Positions 41,088 to 55,237 of a stretch of 64,000 nucleotides of DNA are shown here, piece by piece. The translations under genes and the position numbers were made by a program. The notes under the pieces are model-generated. The model was not told where the DNA came from, made no database searches, and was given only the letters and a program-made list of their open reading frames with translations. How positions within the stretch are numbered: the first letter of the stretch is position 1; each line of letters opens with the position of its first letter. This stretch comes from Eledone cirrhosa. Its lineage: Eukaryota. The stretch is taken from contig OZ024742.1 in NCBI GenBank assembly GCA_964016885.1, forward strand, positions 154,070,001 through 154,134,000, in the 5' to 3' direction.

Positions 41088-44000
41088 TACCCATCTTCCG
41101 GCTTCTCTGGAGAATTGTAAAAGCACATATCGTTATATGCTTTTTCTATGAAAATTAGTAGTGGGTAGACTAATTTGCATAGAACGTGAGTCATTGTACG
41201 CACCGGTTCAGCGGAAACGATAAAAACAAATAACGAAACGAAATTAAATTTCGTTTCGCTTCTAACTCACTTTTGTATGACTGACGCTTAAACAATTAAG
41301 TTAAAGTGTACATCTACATATGTATACGGAAGTATTAGTATGCATATAAATACACACATGTATACATATGTACATGTACTCAGCTTTTCACTAGACACTT
41401 TACAGTGAGTGTCAGCTAGTCTGTATGTAACCACACAGGCGGACCGGGTTTTAGAGTCATACGAGTTTTCAAGGAAACACATTTCCTCATTCTCCAGAGG
41501 GCCAGACAGGAATATTGGACTAGTTTCGATGTTATTACATCTCATCAGCAATATTTACCCATCTTCCGGCTTCTCTGGAGAATTGTAAAAGCACATATCG
41601 TTATATGCTTTTTCTATGAAAATTAGTAGTGGGTAGACTAATTTGCATAGAACGTGAGTCATTGTACGCACCGGTTCAGCGGAAACGATAAAAACAAATA
41701 ACGAAACGAAATTAAATTTCGTTTCGCTTCTAACTCACTTTTGTATGACTGACGCTTAAACAATTAAGTTAAAGTGTACATCTACATATGTATACGGAAG
41801 TATTAGTATGCATATAAATACACACATGTATACATATGTACATGTACTCAGCTTTTCACTAGACACTTTACAGTGAGTGTCAGCTAGTCTGTATGTAACC
41901 ACACAGGCGGACCGGGTTTTAGAGTCATACGAGTTTTCAAGGAAACACATTTCCTCATTCTCCAGAGGGCCAGACAGGAATATTGGACTAGTTTCGATGT
42001 TATTACATCTCATCAGCAATATTTACCCATCTTCCGGCTTCTCTGGAGAATTGTAAAAGCACATATCGTTATATGCTTTTTCTATGAAAATTAGTAGTGG
42101 GTAGACTAATTTGCATAGAACGTGAGTCATTGTACGCACCGGTTCAGCGGAAACGATAAAAACAAATAACGAAACGAAATTAAATTTCGTTTCGCTTCTA
42201 ACTCACTTTTGTATGACTGACGCTTAAACAATTAAGTTAAAGTGTACATCTACATATGTATACGGAAGTATTAGTATGCATATAAATACACACATGTATA
42301 CATATGTACATGTACTCAGCTTTTCACTAGACACTTTACAGTGAGTGTCAGCTAGTCTGTATGTAACCACACAGGCGGACCGGGTTTTAGAGTCATACGA
42401 GTTTTCAAGGAAACACATTTCCTCATTCTCCAGAGGGCCAGACAGGAATATTGGACTAGTTTCGATGTTATTACATCTCATCAGCAATATTTACCCATCT
42501 TCCGGCTTCTCTGGAGAATTGTAAAAGCACATATCGTTATATGCTTTTTCTATGAAAATTAGTAGTGGGTAGACTAATTTGCATAGAACGTGAGTCATTG
42601 TACGCACCGGTTCAGCGGAAACGATAAAAACAAATAACGAAACGAAATTAAATTTCGTTTCGCTTCTAACTCACTTTTGTATGACTGACGCTTAAACAAT
42701 TAAGTTAAAGTGTACATCTACATATGTATACGGAAGTATTAGTATGCATATAAATACACACATGTATACATATGTACATGTACTCAGCTTTTCACTAGAC
42801 ACTTTACAGTGAGTGTCAGCTAGTCTGTATGTAACCACACAGGCGGACCGGGTTTTAGAGTCATACGAGTTTTCAAGGAAACACATTTCCTCATTCTCCA
42901 GAGGGCCAGACAGGAATATTGGACTAGTTTCGATGTTATTACATCTCATCAGCAATATTTACCCATCTTCCGGCTTCTCTGGAGAATTGTAAAAGCACAT
43001 ATCGTTATATGCTTTTTCTATGAAAATTAGTAGTGGGTAGACTAATTTGCATAGAACGTGAGTCATTGTACGCACCGGTTCAGCGGAAACGATAAAAACA
43101 AATAACGAAACGAAATTAAATTTCGTTTCGCTTCTAACTCACTTTTGTATGACTGACGCTTAAACAATTAAGTTAAAGTGTACATCTACATATGTATACG
43201 GAAGTATTAGTATGCATATAAATACACACATGTATACATATGTACATGTACTCAGCTTTTCACTAGACACTTTACAGTGAGTGTCAGCTAGTCTGTATGT
43301 AACCACACAGGCGGACCGGGTTTTAGAGTCATACGAGTTTTCAAGGAAACACATTTCCTCATTCTCCAGAGGGCCAGACAGGAATATTGGACTAGTTTCG
43401 ATGTTATTACATCTCATCAGCAATATTTACCCATCTTCCGGCTTCTCTGGAGAATTGTAAAAGCACATATCGTTATATGCTTTTTCTATGAAAATTAGTA
43501 GTGGGTAGACTAATTTGCATAGAACGTGAGTCATTGTACGCACCGGTTCAGCGGAAACGATAAAAACAAATAACGAAACGAAATTAAATTTCGTTTCGCT
43601 TCTAACTCACTTTTGTATGACTGACGCTTAAACAATTAAGTTAAAGTGTACATCTACATATGTATACGGAAGTATTAGTATGCATATAAATACACACATG
43701 TATACATATGTACATGTACTCAGCTTTTCACTAGACACTTTACAGTGAGTGTCAGCTAGTCTGTATGTAACCACACAGGCGGACCGGGTTTTAGAGTCAT
43801 ACGAGTTTTCAAGGAAACACATTTCCTCATTCTCCAGAGGGCCAGACAGGAATATTGGACTAGTTTCGATGTTATTACATCTCATCAGCAATATTTACCC
43901 ATCTTCCGGCTTCTCTGGAGAATTGTAAAATACTTCCGTATACATATGTAGATGTACACTTTAACTTAATTGTTTAAGCGTCAGTCATACAAAAGTGAGT

Positions 44001-44177
44001 TAGAAGCGAAACGAAATTTAATTTCGTTTCGTTATTTGTTTTTATCGTTTCCGCTGAACCGGTGCGTACAATGACTCACGTTCTATGCAAATTAGTCTAC
44101 CCACTACTAATTTTCATAGAAAAAGCATATAACGATATGTGCTTTTACAATTCTCCAGAGAAGCCGGAAGATGGGTA

Positions 44178-44222
44178 AATATTGCTGATGAGATGTAATA
44201 ACATCGAAACTAGTCCAATATT
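44178..44222 (+). ncRNA. Minimal type I hammerhead; 3 plus copies at 44178, 44646 and 45114, predicted cleavage after GUC (44215)
   Basis: 7-bp stem I, perfect CUGAUGA/GAAA core, 5-bp stem II and palindromic ACUAGU stem III. Confidence 0.92.
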
Positions 44223-45375
44223 CCTGTCTGGCCCTCTGGAGAATGAGGAAATGTGTTTCCTTGAAAACTCGTATGACTCTAAAACCCGGTCCGCCTGTGT
44301 GGTTACATACAGACTAGCTGACACTCACTGTAAAGTGTCTAGTGAAAAGCTGAGTACATGTACATATGTATACATGTGTGTATTTATATGCATACTAATA
44401 CTTCCGTATACATATGTAGATGTACACTTTAACTTAATTGTTTAAGCGTCAGTCATACAAAAGTGAGTTAGAAGCGAAACGAAATTTAATTTCGTTTCGT
44501 TATTTGTTTTTATCGTTTCCGCTGAACCGGTGCGTACAATGACTCACGTTCTATGCAAATTAGTCTACCCACTACTAATTTTCATAGAAAAAGCATATAA
44601 CGATATGTGCTTTTACAATTCTCCAGAGAAGCCGGAAGATGGGTAAATATTGCTGATGAGATGTAATAACATCGAAACTAGTCCAATATTCCTGTCTGGC
44701 CCTCTGGAGAATGAGGAAATGTGTTTCCTTGAAAACTCGTATGACTCTAAAACCCGGTCCGCCTGTGTGGTTACATACAGACTAGCTGACACTCACTGTA
44801 AAGTGTCTAGTGAAAAGCTGAGTACATGTACATATGTATACATGTGTGTATTTATATGCATACTAATACTTCCGTATACATATGTAGATGTACACTTTAA
44901 CTTAATTGTTTAAGCGTCAGTCATACAAAAGTGAGTTAGAAGCGAAACGAAATTTAATTTCGTTTCGTTATTTGTTTTTATCGTTTCCGCTGAACCGGTG
45001 CGTACAATGACTCACGTTCTATGCAAATTAGTCTACCCACTACTAATTTTCATAGAAAAAGCATATAACGATATGTGCTTTTACAATTCTCCAGAGAAGC
45101 CGGAAGATGGGTAAATATTGCTGATGAGATGTAATAACATCGAAACTAGTCCAATATTCCTGTCTGGCCCTCTGGAGAATGAGGAAATGTGTTTCCTTGA
45201 AAACTCGTATGACTCTAAAACCCGGTCCGCCTGTGTGGTTACATACAGACTAGCTGACACTCACTGTAAAGTGTCTAGTGAAAAGCTGAGTACATGTACA
45301 TATGTATACATGTGTGTATTTATATGCATACTAATACTTCCGTATACATATGTAGATGTACACTTTAACTTAATT

Positions 45376-45384
45376 ATATATATA

Positions 45385-45460
<76 letters not shown>

Positions 45461-45623
45461 TATATATATTATATATTATATATATATATATAATTATATA
45501 TATATATATATATATATATAATTATATATATATATATAATTATATATATATTATATATTATATATTATATATTATATATAATATATTATATATTATATAT
45601 TATATATTATATATATATATATA

Positions 45624-45721
<98 letters not shown>

Positions 45722-45785
45722 TATATATGTGTGTGTGTGTGTGTGTCTGTGTCTGTATATATATATATATATATAGATATATGTA
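45376..45785. repeat. (TA)n/(TG)n microsatellite
   Basis: Direct observation. Confidence 0.95.
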
Positions 45786-48134
45786 TAATAGTAATAACTA
45801 TAAACGAAGATGCAGCTGCAAGTAGTAGATAAGCCTCGATGATAGAGTCATTAATAAATTTCTCCTGAGAGTGAACACAAGAAGTTAGGTAATAGTGACG
45901 CAATGAATGATGCGACCAGAGTCATGTTGCCGCATTAATATTACAACAGCGAAAATACAGAATATATGTGTGTCTGTATGTATGTGTGTGCGTATGTGTA
46001 TGTGTGTGCATGTGTGTGTGTGTGCGTGTGTGTGTGTATATGTGTGTGTATGTGTGTGTGTGTGTGTGTTTGCAGACAACTAACATTTTACGTCGTCTTA
46101 AACATTCATGGCTGGAAAGTGTTAAGCCAAAATATCCCCAACATACTCTAAAAGCCATAAACTGGTTCCACATTGAACCACATCAAGTGTAACAGGGATA
46201 ACACTACCAATTTGGATGAGCTAACTTTGCCTGGTGCTTTGTAACATTTAATTATTGCAGGCTTAATGTGCAGAATCAAGCGTTTACAATCCACTTAAGG
46301 ATAAAAAGAAATATGCATTGAGTTAGTTGTCTGGAAAGAGGCAACACATGTATTACGGAGTTTCTTTTCTAGGATTGCCCCAACATTGTTTTATAAATGA
46401 TGCGAACAAATATCGCAATAATGGTATGTCATTCACGCAGTTACTTATCATTAGCAATGCCCCATGTTACAACGAATCACAGATTTAGGAAGTTGAACAA
46501 ATCGAAGGACTCTTCGTGTCTCAGGTTCTAACGTCCGCCTTCAAGTAATATGATGAATACACCAGGGAGAGCATAATATATGTTACACACACTTAATGGC
46601 TCTCGATGCTAACCCGGGTTACATACCAAGTATTTATTGAACAGTTTCACATGTCTATTAGCAATTCAGCTTAGTTATGAAACCAATGTTTACCAGACAC
46701 CTTAGAAAGTCAGTGTTTTGTGGAATGAGATATAGGATAAAACATCCCAAGAACTCAAAACTGTCCTTCCCTTTAATCGACGTAGAAGTGAACGATTATT
46801 TGCACGTTGCTTGGAATGTATGGCAGTAAACATTATACTGAAGAACATTTACTAACAATGATTTGGAAAAATTCCTGAAACTGTCGATTGAGAGGAAGAG
46901 GAATTTGAAAATAAAAAGTGAGATCGCTAATCCTGGACAATATAGCAGCCAGTGGCAATTTTTCAAAGGAAGGGGGCAACCATTAAAAAACATGACGTAG
47001 GAGTAAATAATTTCCTCGTTATATAAAACCTAGATCATCAAAAGCCACTGAAACAGAGGTTTGAAGAGGGACCCCACCCCCACTCACACACCGAAAAAAA
47101 GAAACACAATTGTATACCTCTAACTTTACACAAGAAATACGCAAATTTTAATCTTTCTTCCATTGAGAGAAATCGTTTAGATAATCTTACGGTATGCCTC
47201 CATTAATAGGATAAATTAAATTAAAAAAATATTCAGTAGGGTTTTTTATATGCAGTGTGTTTAAAAACATCAGGGTAGGGAAATCATTGAACATAGAAGT
47301 AATGTCTCACATATACATAGATAAACAAATGTATGCAGCATATATTTAAATATATGCCATTAATGTACTATGCCATTCAATACAACTACACAACCAAACA
47401 TATAAAAAGACAATTAAAAGTGTGTAAAAACACGGAACAATTTATTTTTCGCTAAATGTTTATAAAAATATGCATTCGTTTATTTGTATGTAAATTAAAC
47501 ATTTCATCCTTGTAAATTTACACACACGCACACACACATACACACATACACCCACCCACACACACACACATACATACATACACCCACCCACACACACACA
47601 TATATATATATATACATGAATAGAATTCAATTCCAATATATTATAAATTATATACCATTCTCCCCATGTAATAATACATACAGACACTGAAATAAACAGT
47701 GAAATACATAAAAACATACATATCCCATTGAACATTTATACATATTGCCATACTTTGTTTTAATTGTGTTAAATATCTTGGAAATAATTTAATTTTTACA
47801 GTATATGCAATATAATTAAAAACTTTACTATATGATATGAAACATTCTATAGAAATGTTGATATATAATATGAAACAATTTCTAGACATATTAAACTTTA
47901 TTTCACTGAATATCTAACAAAGGTTTGATATTCGAAAACATTAATAAATTTATTTCAGAACGAATATATTTGCATATTTTAAACAATCCTGTCAAAAGTT
48001 CAATTCATATAAAGAGAATGGTCATATAACCCTGATGCACAGACGTAAGCATACATTGATTTACCAAAACATCTTGGCAAGAAAACATACTTAGACATAC
48101 AAACATAAACATTTATTTACATGTAGATATATGT

Positions 48135-48166
<32 letters not shown>

Positions 48167-48168
48167 AG

Positions 48169-48200
<32 letters not shown>

Positions 48201-48251
48201 CTATATATAGAGTTATAAACTCAAACAGTCTTTTACAATTAATTAGCTCAA

Positions 48252-48286
<35 letters not shown>

Positions 48287-48509
48287 TGTGTGTTTGCGTG
48301 TGTGCGCGTGCGGTAATTGTATGTGTAGACTCTGTTTATATCAGAATAGGAACACAAAAAATGAACTGATAAAGGTAAAGCATACATGAAATTAATTACA
48401 ATAATCCGACATCGTTCATCCTTCGATGATTTCAACCCACCCCCATAGAACTTTAGGAGAAGTGCTAATTGAGACCTATCTGATACTGAGGATGGTGTCG
48501 TTACTCTTC

Positions 48510-48885
48510 AAACTATTATAGAAGTTGGATTCTTATAGAATCCCAATAATTATCAGGAGTAACATTGTCACTACTTTAAAAGTGATAGCGTAGAGTCTTC
48601 TACGGTATATTTCACCAATCCTAATGACCTAATTTTTGCTGGACCGGCAATTGCTCTGTATAATCAGCCCCTGATTATTACTGGAATTCTATAAGAATCC
48701 AGCTTCTATAATTTTCGGCGAAAGCAGGGGTGTATATGGCTCTGATGAAAGCCAAACAGCGCGAAACAGATATTCAGCTTCTCTCCTTTCTTTCGCCGAA
48801 AAGAAGTAAGTGACATAGTCACTTCTTTAAAACTGTATAGTCTTCTAAATGTTTTTAATTAAACATATGGTATATTGCCTAATAT
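48510..48885 (+). mobile_element. ~250 bp HHR-bearing unit, about 1.3 copies plus a short inverted piece, decayed
   Basis: HHR-like 48738-48779 GGCT-CTGATGA..GC-GAAA-CAGATAT-TC-AGCT. GTCACTACTTTAAAA and GTCACTTCTTTAAAA lie about 250 bp apart. 48512-48558 is inverted relative to 48670-48712. Confidence 0.55.
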
Positions 48886-48919
48886 ACTATACATACTATA
48901 CACACACACACACACACAG

Positions 48920-48995
<76 letters not shown>

Positions 48996-49019
48996 ATAGT
49001 ATGTATAGTATATATACAT

Positions 49020-49074
<55 letters not shown>

Positions 49075-49099
49075 GATAAATCTACCAAAATATACGGTA

Positions 49100-50685
49100 G
49101 TATCCAATGCGTGTGAAGAACTCAATGTAATCCAAATATCACGAAAAGAGGAGATACATTCAAAAATTTCGATGAAAATCACAGGAAAACAGAATTAAGA
49201 TAAATTAATAAAAACAATGAATAAAAACAAAGAACAAATTCCTTATATTAAAAAAATTATCATTTTACGATCGTTTCTAGGATATATATGTGTGTTGGTA
49301 TATCATATAGATCTATGTAAACATTTTACAAACTAACACAGGAAATATACATACCTTCACATATATATGCTGTCTACAGAAATAAGGATAATTGTTTATT
49401 GAAAAAAAACAACAAAGTTTTAATATAATGGGAACAGGTTTTGAACTGACCAATAGAAAAGTAGTAAGAGGTCAAGTGAATAAAATAGTGGTAGTAGTAA
49501 TTTAATTTAGGGGTAGAGGAATGCAAACTTAAGTTTTAAATGGAAAGAATACTTTGAATGAAAAGAATACTTTGGTAATGAAAAGAGGTCAAGCTGGTGG
49601 AGGGTACACGAAAATTTGATGTTATTAAAGAATAATGTTAATGTTAAAACCGAAGGAGAATAAGATTTTAGGGTAAAGGTGTTAGTGAGAAATACCAATC
49701 TTATTTAAAACACAAGGAATTTAGATCTATAACAAGAAATTAAATTCATTGATAGGTATACTTATAGGGGTACATTTATATTAATTCATATGGAAGTTAT
49801 CAACAAGAATTATATGTTATTAAGAAATGTTGTTAAAAACGAAGGAAAATAAAATGTTGGGATACATGTACTAATGAGAAATACCAATCTTATATAGACT
49901 ACAAGGAATCTAGATTCATAACAGGAAATTAAATTAATTTATAAGTATACTTTTAGGTATTAATTTTAGGAAAAAAAAGCTGTAAGAGTGAAATAAAATT
50001 ATGAAGTTCTCTGTAGTAAAGTACTAATTATAGGTTAACTAAATTTAAAAAAAACTAATTATAATAATATGTAAAATATAAGTGTAAGGTGTATATTAAT
50101 TAGGTTTGTAATATTTGAAAGTTCTTCTAATTCTATGCTTGCAAGATATAATTAATTCTTGTCGCTTATTTAATAGGATATCCTTAGATTTCATTAATTC
50201 AAAAAGTTCCTGGGAGCATAATCTACACTCATATCTGTTATTTTGATAAGGGGTGGCCTTTTTGAGCACACTCCAGGTCAGGTTGTAATCGATATTCTTT
50301 TTTCTATAATGATTAATCGTTTAAGCCAATGATCTTGTATTAGATAATGCGGCATTTTTAAAACTATGTTTGTGGGTATTAAATCTTACTTTAAATTGGT
50401 TAGACGTAGCTCCTATATATGAATAAGTTGAGTCCTTAGTGCCAATTTTACATTTATATACTGTTATTAATAAGACAATTTCCCTTTAATGGGCAATTTC
50501 TTTTGTTTCTACAGTTACAACCATTCGTGAATATTATATCAGGCGAGTTAGTCAAATTTGCTGTGGAATTTACTCGACTTGTTAGATGTGAAGGAGATGG
50601 TGGTTTGTTGCGGTTTATTTTAGTATTATGGTTGGTTTGATGTGTTGGTGGTATATTCATGTTTTTTTTACTGTTATATGCATTG
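49100..50685 (-). mobile_element. PLE left arm: GIY-YIG region and 3' region with degenerate HHR (about 49261-49385)
   Basis: CNCRNKRNCPLKGNCL..YIGAT. Minus strand ATTT-CTGTAGA...GAAA-CGATCG-TA-AAATG. Confidence 0.75.
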
Positions 50686-50694
50686 TACTAGACA

Positions 50695-52170
50695 AACACT
50701 ACTTGAATTTCAGAAGGAATACTGGACCAGAAATACATATAGTAATCTATTCGACATTACTATGGGCTCTAGTAATTCTGCCCAAATTACCGATTCTGTG
50801 GGCCTCTTTATTCTATTTAACATAAATTCTTCTCTTCCCCACCTTAAAGGTGGTTTATATCGTGATGACTGTCCTCTTCTTTCCACTAACCTTAGCCTAT
50901 AAGAAATTGAAAAAAAAAATTATTAGAACTTTCCTCAAAGACTATTATAGTCTCAAATAGATTTGAAAACACCAGTAAACTAGTTAATTTGCTAGATATA
51001 ACTTTACACTTATCTACAGGTATCTAACAACCTTACCATAAACCTAACCAAAACTTACGTTACATACACTCACAATCCAATGACCATAGATCTATCCTTA
51101 AAAACCTAACATAATATATATCACTCAGAATTTCTAACTTTTCATCTAAACAGGATGAATTCGATAAAAATGCGCCCTTTTTAAACGAAGCTTTAGCTAG
51201 AAGCGGCCACAAAAACAAATTAGTCTATATATCTTGCACCAATAATACTTCAAACATACAACCCATATTACCATCAAACACCAAATGAAAACACACACCT
51301 AAATGCCACTCACGCTACACCCAAAAATAACAACCTAAATCTTAATTTCTCTACCTCTTCTCACATAAAATATAATAACTTTCAAAAAACCATTCATCAT
51401 AATACTGCAATATACGTTAATAACATTACTAACAAAATTCCTAATAATCAGACTAAAACACCTAAGTTAATCTAACTAAACCAATATATAATAAATTCTC
51501 TCTCGAAGTTAACATCCAGATACTTCGTATAAATATAAAAAATAACATCGAAACCGTAATAGACGAGTTACTTGGTATAATGCTCCATTTAATCTACAAA
51601 TTAAAGATAATATCCCTAAAAAATGTTTACTATCCTAGTGAAAAACCTCAGCCAAACCATAAATGCCATCAAATTTTAAATAGATCAACTGTCAAATGTT
51701 CCTACTCCACTACCAAAAATATACAAGAAAATATAAGTGCGTACAATGCATATAAAAGTACAAAAAACCACGAATGTACCACCAACACTTAAAACCAACC
51801 ATAATACTAAAATAAACTGCAACAAACCACCATCTCCTTCACATATATCAAGTAGAGTAAATTCCACACCAAATTTGATTAACTCCCCTGATATAATATT
51901 CACGAATGGTTGTAACTGTAGAAACAAAATAAATTGCCCATTAAAGGGAAATTGTCTTATTAATAACATAGTATATAAATGTAAAATTAGCACTAAGGAC
52001 TCAACTTATTCATATATAGGAGCTACGTCTAACTAATTTAAAGTAATATTTAATACCCACAAACAGTTTTAAAAATACCGCATTAGCTAATACAACATCC
52101 TTGGCTGAAACAATTAATAATTATAGAAAAAAGAATATCGATTACAACCTGACCTGGAGTACAACCTGAC
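50695..52170 (+). mobile_element. PLE right arm: RT C-half, linker and GIY-YIG start, decayed
   Basis: FDITMGSSNSAQITDSVG..GGLYRDD and CNCRNKINCPLKGNC..IVYKC..YIGAT. 51745-52160 is the reverse complement of about 50270-50685. It ends at (TA)n. Confidence 0.85.
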
Positions 52171-52175
52171 CTGGA

Positions 52176-52259
<84 letters not shown>

Positions 52260-52644
52260 ATATATATATATATAAGAAAAGAGAAGTAAGGTTCTAATAT
52301 ATATAATGTCAAGAGGATCGACGATTTAGTCAACACGAGACACTACAAGAAGCCATTTGCTCAAATGAACCACGTGATAAGACTGAGCCTAATGCATCAA
52401 TGTTTCTGATCGGATTTTTTAATATTTTATTTGTGACAATATGACACTGACAGTAATATTTATTTTTTGCACTACATCCTCACTCTATTACTAGATATGT
52501 TGCTGTGTACATCTGCAAACGTCAATCAGACTTCTATGTTGTTTATTTACCTAAATGTATCGTACTTAACATACTTACCTATTGTGAGACGTAATAATTA
52601 TACCAGCCTACCAGTAAGCATAGATGGCCAGATATATTTAAAAT

Positions 52645-52833
52645 AATTGTTTCTACGTTTGGCACGAGGCCAGCATTTATCCCAGTGTATTACTGATACT
52701 TTATTTTGTCGATCCCGTAAGGATGAAGGGCAAAGTTAACATCGGCGGGATTTGAGCTCAGAGCATAAAGAGCTGTAACTCTTTGCTGCAAAGCAGGACT
52801 TCTGACCCTCTACCGATACTGCCAATCCACCTT
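52645..52833 (-). mobile_element. tRNA-derived SINE
   Basis: Reverse complement of the full SINE. Confidence 0.85.
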
Positions 52834-53089
52834 AAAAATAATGGCGTGATATACGGACCCGGAAATAAAACTATCTGCGATTGTTCAAATGTTTATTCGA
52901 AGCAGAATGGATCATTTCATAAGAGAAAAAATATCACTTGGATCAACCAGCAACTGAATCTGTAAGTAATCGACAGCATCCCAGACCTCATTTGCTTAAC
53001 GAGTTGGGGTTGACCGCGTCAAATTTGACCGAAGAAACGATGCTCCCGTTGGTCTTTCCAATTGCTAATATTATCTGACGGTCGCAAAT

Positions 53090-53215
53090 CCAGACAGAAG
53101 GAGCAAGGTGAAATAAAGTGTGTTGTTCAAGAAGACAACGCATCACTCGGTCTACGAATCGAAATCACATCCTCACGATTGCAAATACAACTTTCTAACC
53201 TCTAAGCCACGCGTC
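53090..53215 (-). mobile_element. Second SINE family (tRNA head plus CORE-like segment), diverged
   Basis: Minus strand GTGGCTTAGAGG (A box), TTTCGATTC (B box) and TTCTTGAACAACACACTTTATTTCAC. Confidence 0.55.
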
Positions 53216-53257
53216 TTCCTAGATAATACACGGTAATATTATGTATAACTACCGTGA

Positions 53258-53478
53258 GGGCGGTGGATTGGCAGTATCGGTAGAGGGTCGGACACCATGC
53301 TTTACAGCATAGAGTTACGTCTCTTTATGATCTGAGGTCAAATCCCGCCGAGGTTAACTTTGCCTTTCATCCTAATGAGGGTCGATAAAATAAAGTACCA
53401 GTCACGCACCGGGGCCGATGTAATCGACTTTCACCTCCCCAAAAGTTGCTGGACTTGTGCCTATATAAGAAACCATTA
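53258..53478 (+). mobile_element. tRNA-derived SINE (long variant) with target-site duplication
   Basis: ATTATGTATAACTAC is repeated on both sides. Contains the GCCGATGTAATCGAC segment. Confidence 0.9.
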
Positions 53479-53902
53479 TGTATAACTACAGTTTTTATAC
53501 AGGCTATGTTTATTTTTATGCTACAGAAATCAAGATTACAAGTTCATAAGTTAGATTCCCGGCATTGCTTCAAGTCCTTGCGCCAATCAATTTAATTCAC
53601 GTTTACCCAGTCTATTCGTCAGATAAAAATGAAATATATTCATACATTAAAAGCCTAACACGTCCCATACTGCGAGACAATGAATTTCTCTGAGAACTAT
53701 TGTGTACATTAATATCACGAGTAGACAGTTACGTTGATCAAACAACGGGAACAATCGTCTTGATCACTAACTTGTGTCTCTGTACAACCTGTTGTTATAT
53801 GAGATGTGTAATTTTTGTTTGCCATCTTGCTGAGATAAAGAAAAATGACGAAGGAAATAACTTATTTCATATAAATGAGTGAGTATACACGTGAGCCTAT
53901 AA

Positions 53903-53934
<32 letters not shown>

Positions 53935-53942
<8 letters not shown>

Positions 53943-55237
53943 CGTCCTTTCACGCACAAGGCGCCAAGGTGCGCATGTATTGTCCAACCAAGTGCCAGTG
54001 TGGTTCAATGGCGGGTTAATAAATTAACGAGCCAGAACAAATATAAACAAGGTAGCGCTAGTTTGATAGCGCTAGTTTGTGATTTAAATTCAGGAATTTT
54101 ATATTCTTTGAATGAAAAGAACCTTCTGACGAGAATCTCTCTTTGTAACGAGGGCCGTATGGCCTACGTTTTATTTTTGGGATTCGAAACCGATCGGTAA
54201 AGGTAACTATAGTAGGTAAAGTCAATTTTTTAAAATTTATTTTGAAACTTTTTCATTATTTACTAAACCTTGTTTATATTTGTTCTGGCTCGTTAATTTA
54301 TTAACCCGCCATTGAACCACACTGGCACTTGGTTGGACAATACATGCGTACCTTGGCGCCTTGTGCGTGAAAGGACGTATTTCATATTACTACTACCTCC
54401 ACATACGTTGAGAACAAACCGGGTCATTCCGACTGCTGCTGATAACAGCGGTGGCTAGTTCGACCTACCTCCTTTTGCCTCTATCTTTACTACGGCCCTT
54501 GATAAACCTGTTCTACATCATCCACTCTCATCCCAGGAACAGTCTTTGATAGCGCTAGTTTGTGATTTAAATTCAGGAATTTTATATTCTTTGAATGAAA
54601 AGAACCTTCTGACGAGAATCTCTCTTTGTAACGAGGGCCGTATGGCCTACGTTTTATTTTTGGGATTCGAAACCGATCGGTAAAGGTAACTATAGTAGGT
54701 AAAGTCAATTTTTAAAAATTTATTTTGAAACTTTTTCATTATTTACTAAACCTTGTTTATATTTGTTCTGGCTCGTTAATTTATTAACCCGCCATTGAAC
54801 CACACTGGCACTTGGTTGGACAATACATGCGTACCTTGGCGCCTTGTGCGTGAAAGGACGTATTTCATATTACTACTACCTCCACATACGTTGAGAACAA
54901 ACCGGGTCATTCCGACTGCTGCTGATAACAGCGGTGGCTAGTTCGACCTACCTCCTTTTGCCTCTATCTTTACTACGGCCCTTGATAAACCTGTTCTACA
55001 TCATCCACTCTCATCCCAGGAACAGTCTTTGATAGCGCTAGTTTGTGATTTAAATTCAGGAATTTTATATTCTTTGAATGAAAAGAACCTTCTGACGAGA
55101 ATCTCTCTTTGTAACGAGGGCCGTATGGCCTACGTTTTATTTTTGGGATTCGAAACCGATCGGTAAAGGTAACTATAGTAGGTAAAGTCAATTTTTTAAA
55201 ATTTATTTTGAAACTTTTTCATTATTTACTAAACCTT

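Larger units (their letters stand above)
40753..45375. repeat. 468 bp hammerhead tandem array (non-LTR retrozyme-like): about 6.8 units on minus, inversion at 43930/43931, about 3.1 units on plus
   Basis: Exact 468 periodicity in the ORF track. Units look identical by eye. (TA)n lies on both flanks and there is one HHR per unit. Confidence 0.95.

Noticed and set aside
44290-44360. Second or antisense ribozyme in the 468 unit (CTGACAC..AGTGAAAA)
   Set aside because: The core does not match CUGANGA and there is no UH or stem I register. I saw no opposite-strand HHR in the 468 or 483 units, so there is no evidence for ambisense viroid-like replication.
40753-45375. CRISPR array or snRNA/5S gene cluster
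   Set aside because: There are no unique spacers, no cas genes and no recognisable snRNA or 5S sequence. The units are whole-length repeats.
40820-45380. Repeated 87 aa ORF ([12 protein letters not shown]...) as a tandem gene family
   Set aside because: It starts at a TTG inside the hammerhead, has no recognisable domain and runs into TA/TG-rich sequence. It is best explained as incidental to the RNA repeat.
46300-47060. Possible host exon or hAT transposase remnant
   Set aside because: There is no sustained ORF or convincing motif, and a translated search would be needed.
54490-55191. Repeated 72 aa minus-strand ORF in the 483 bp unit
   Set aside because: It is antisense to the ribozyme, has a non-ATG start and shows no motif.
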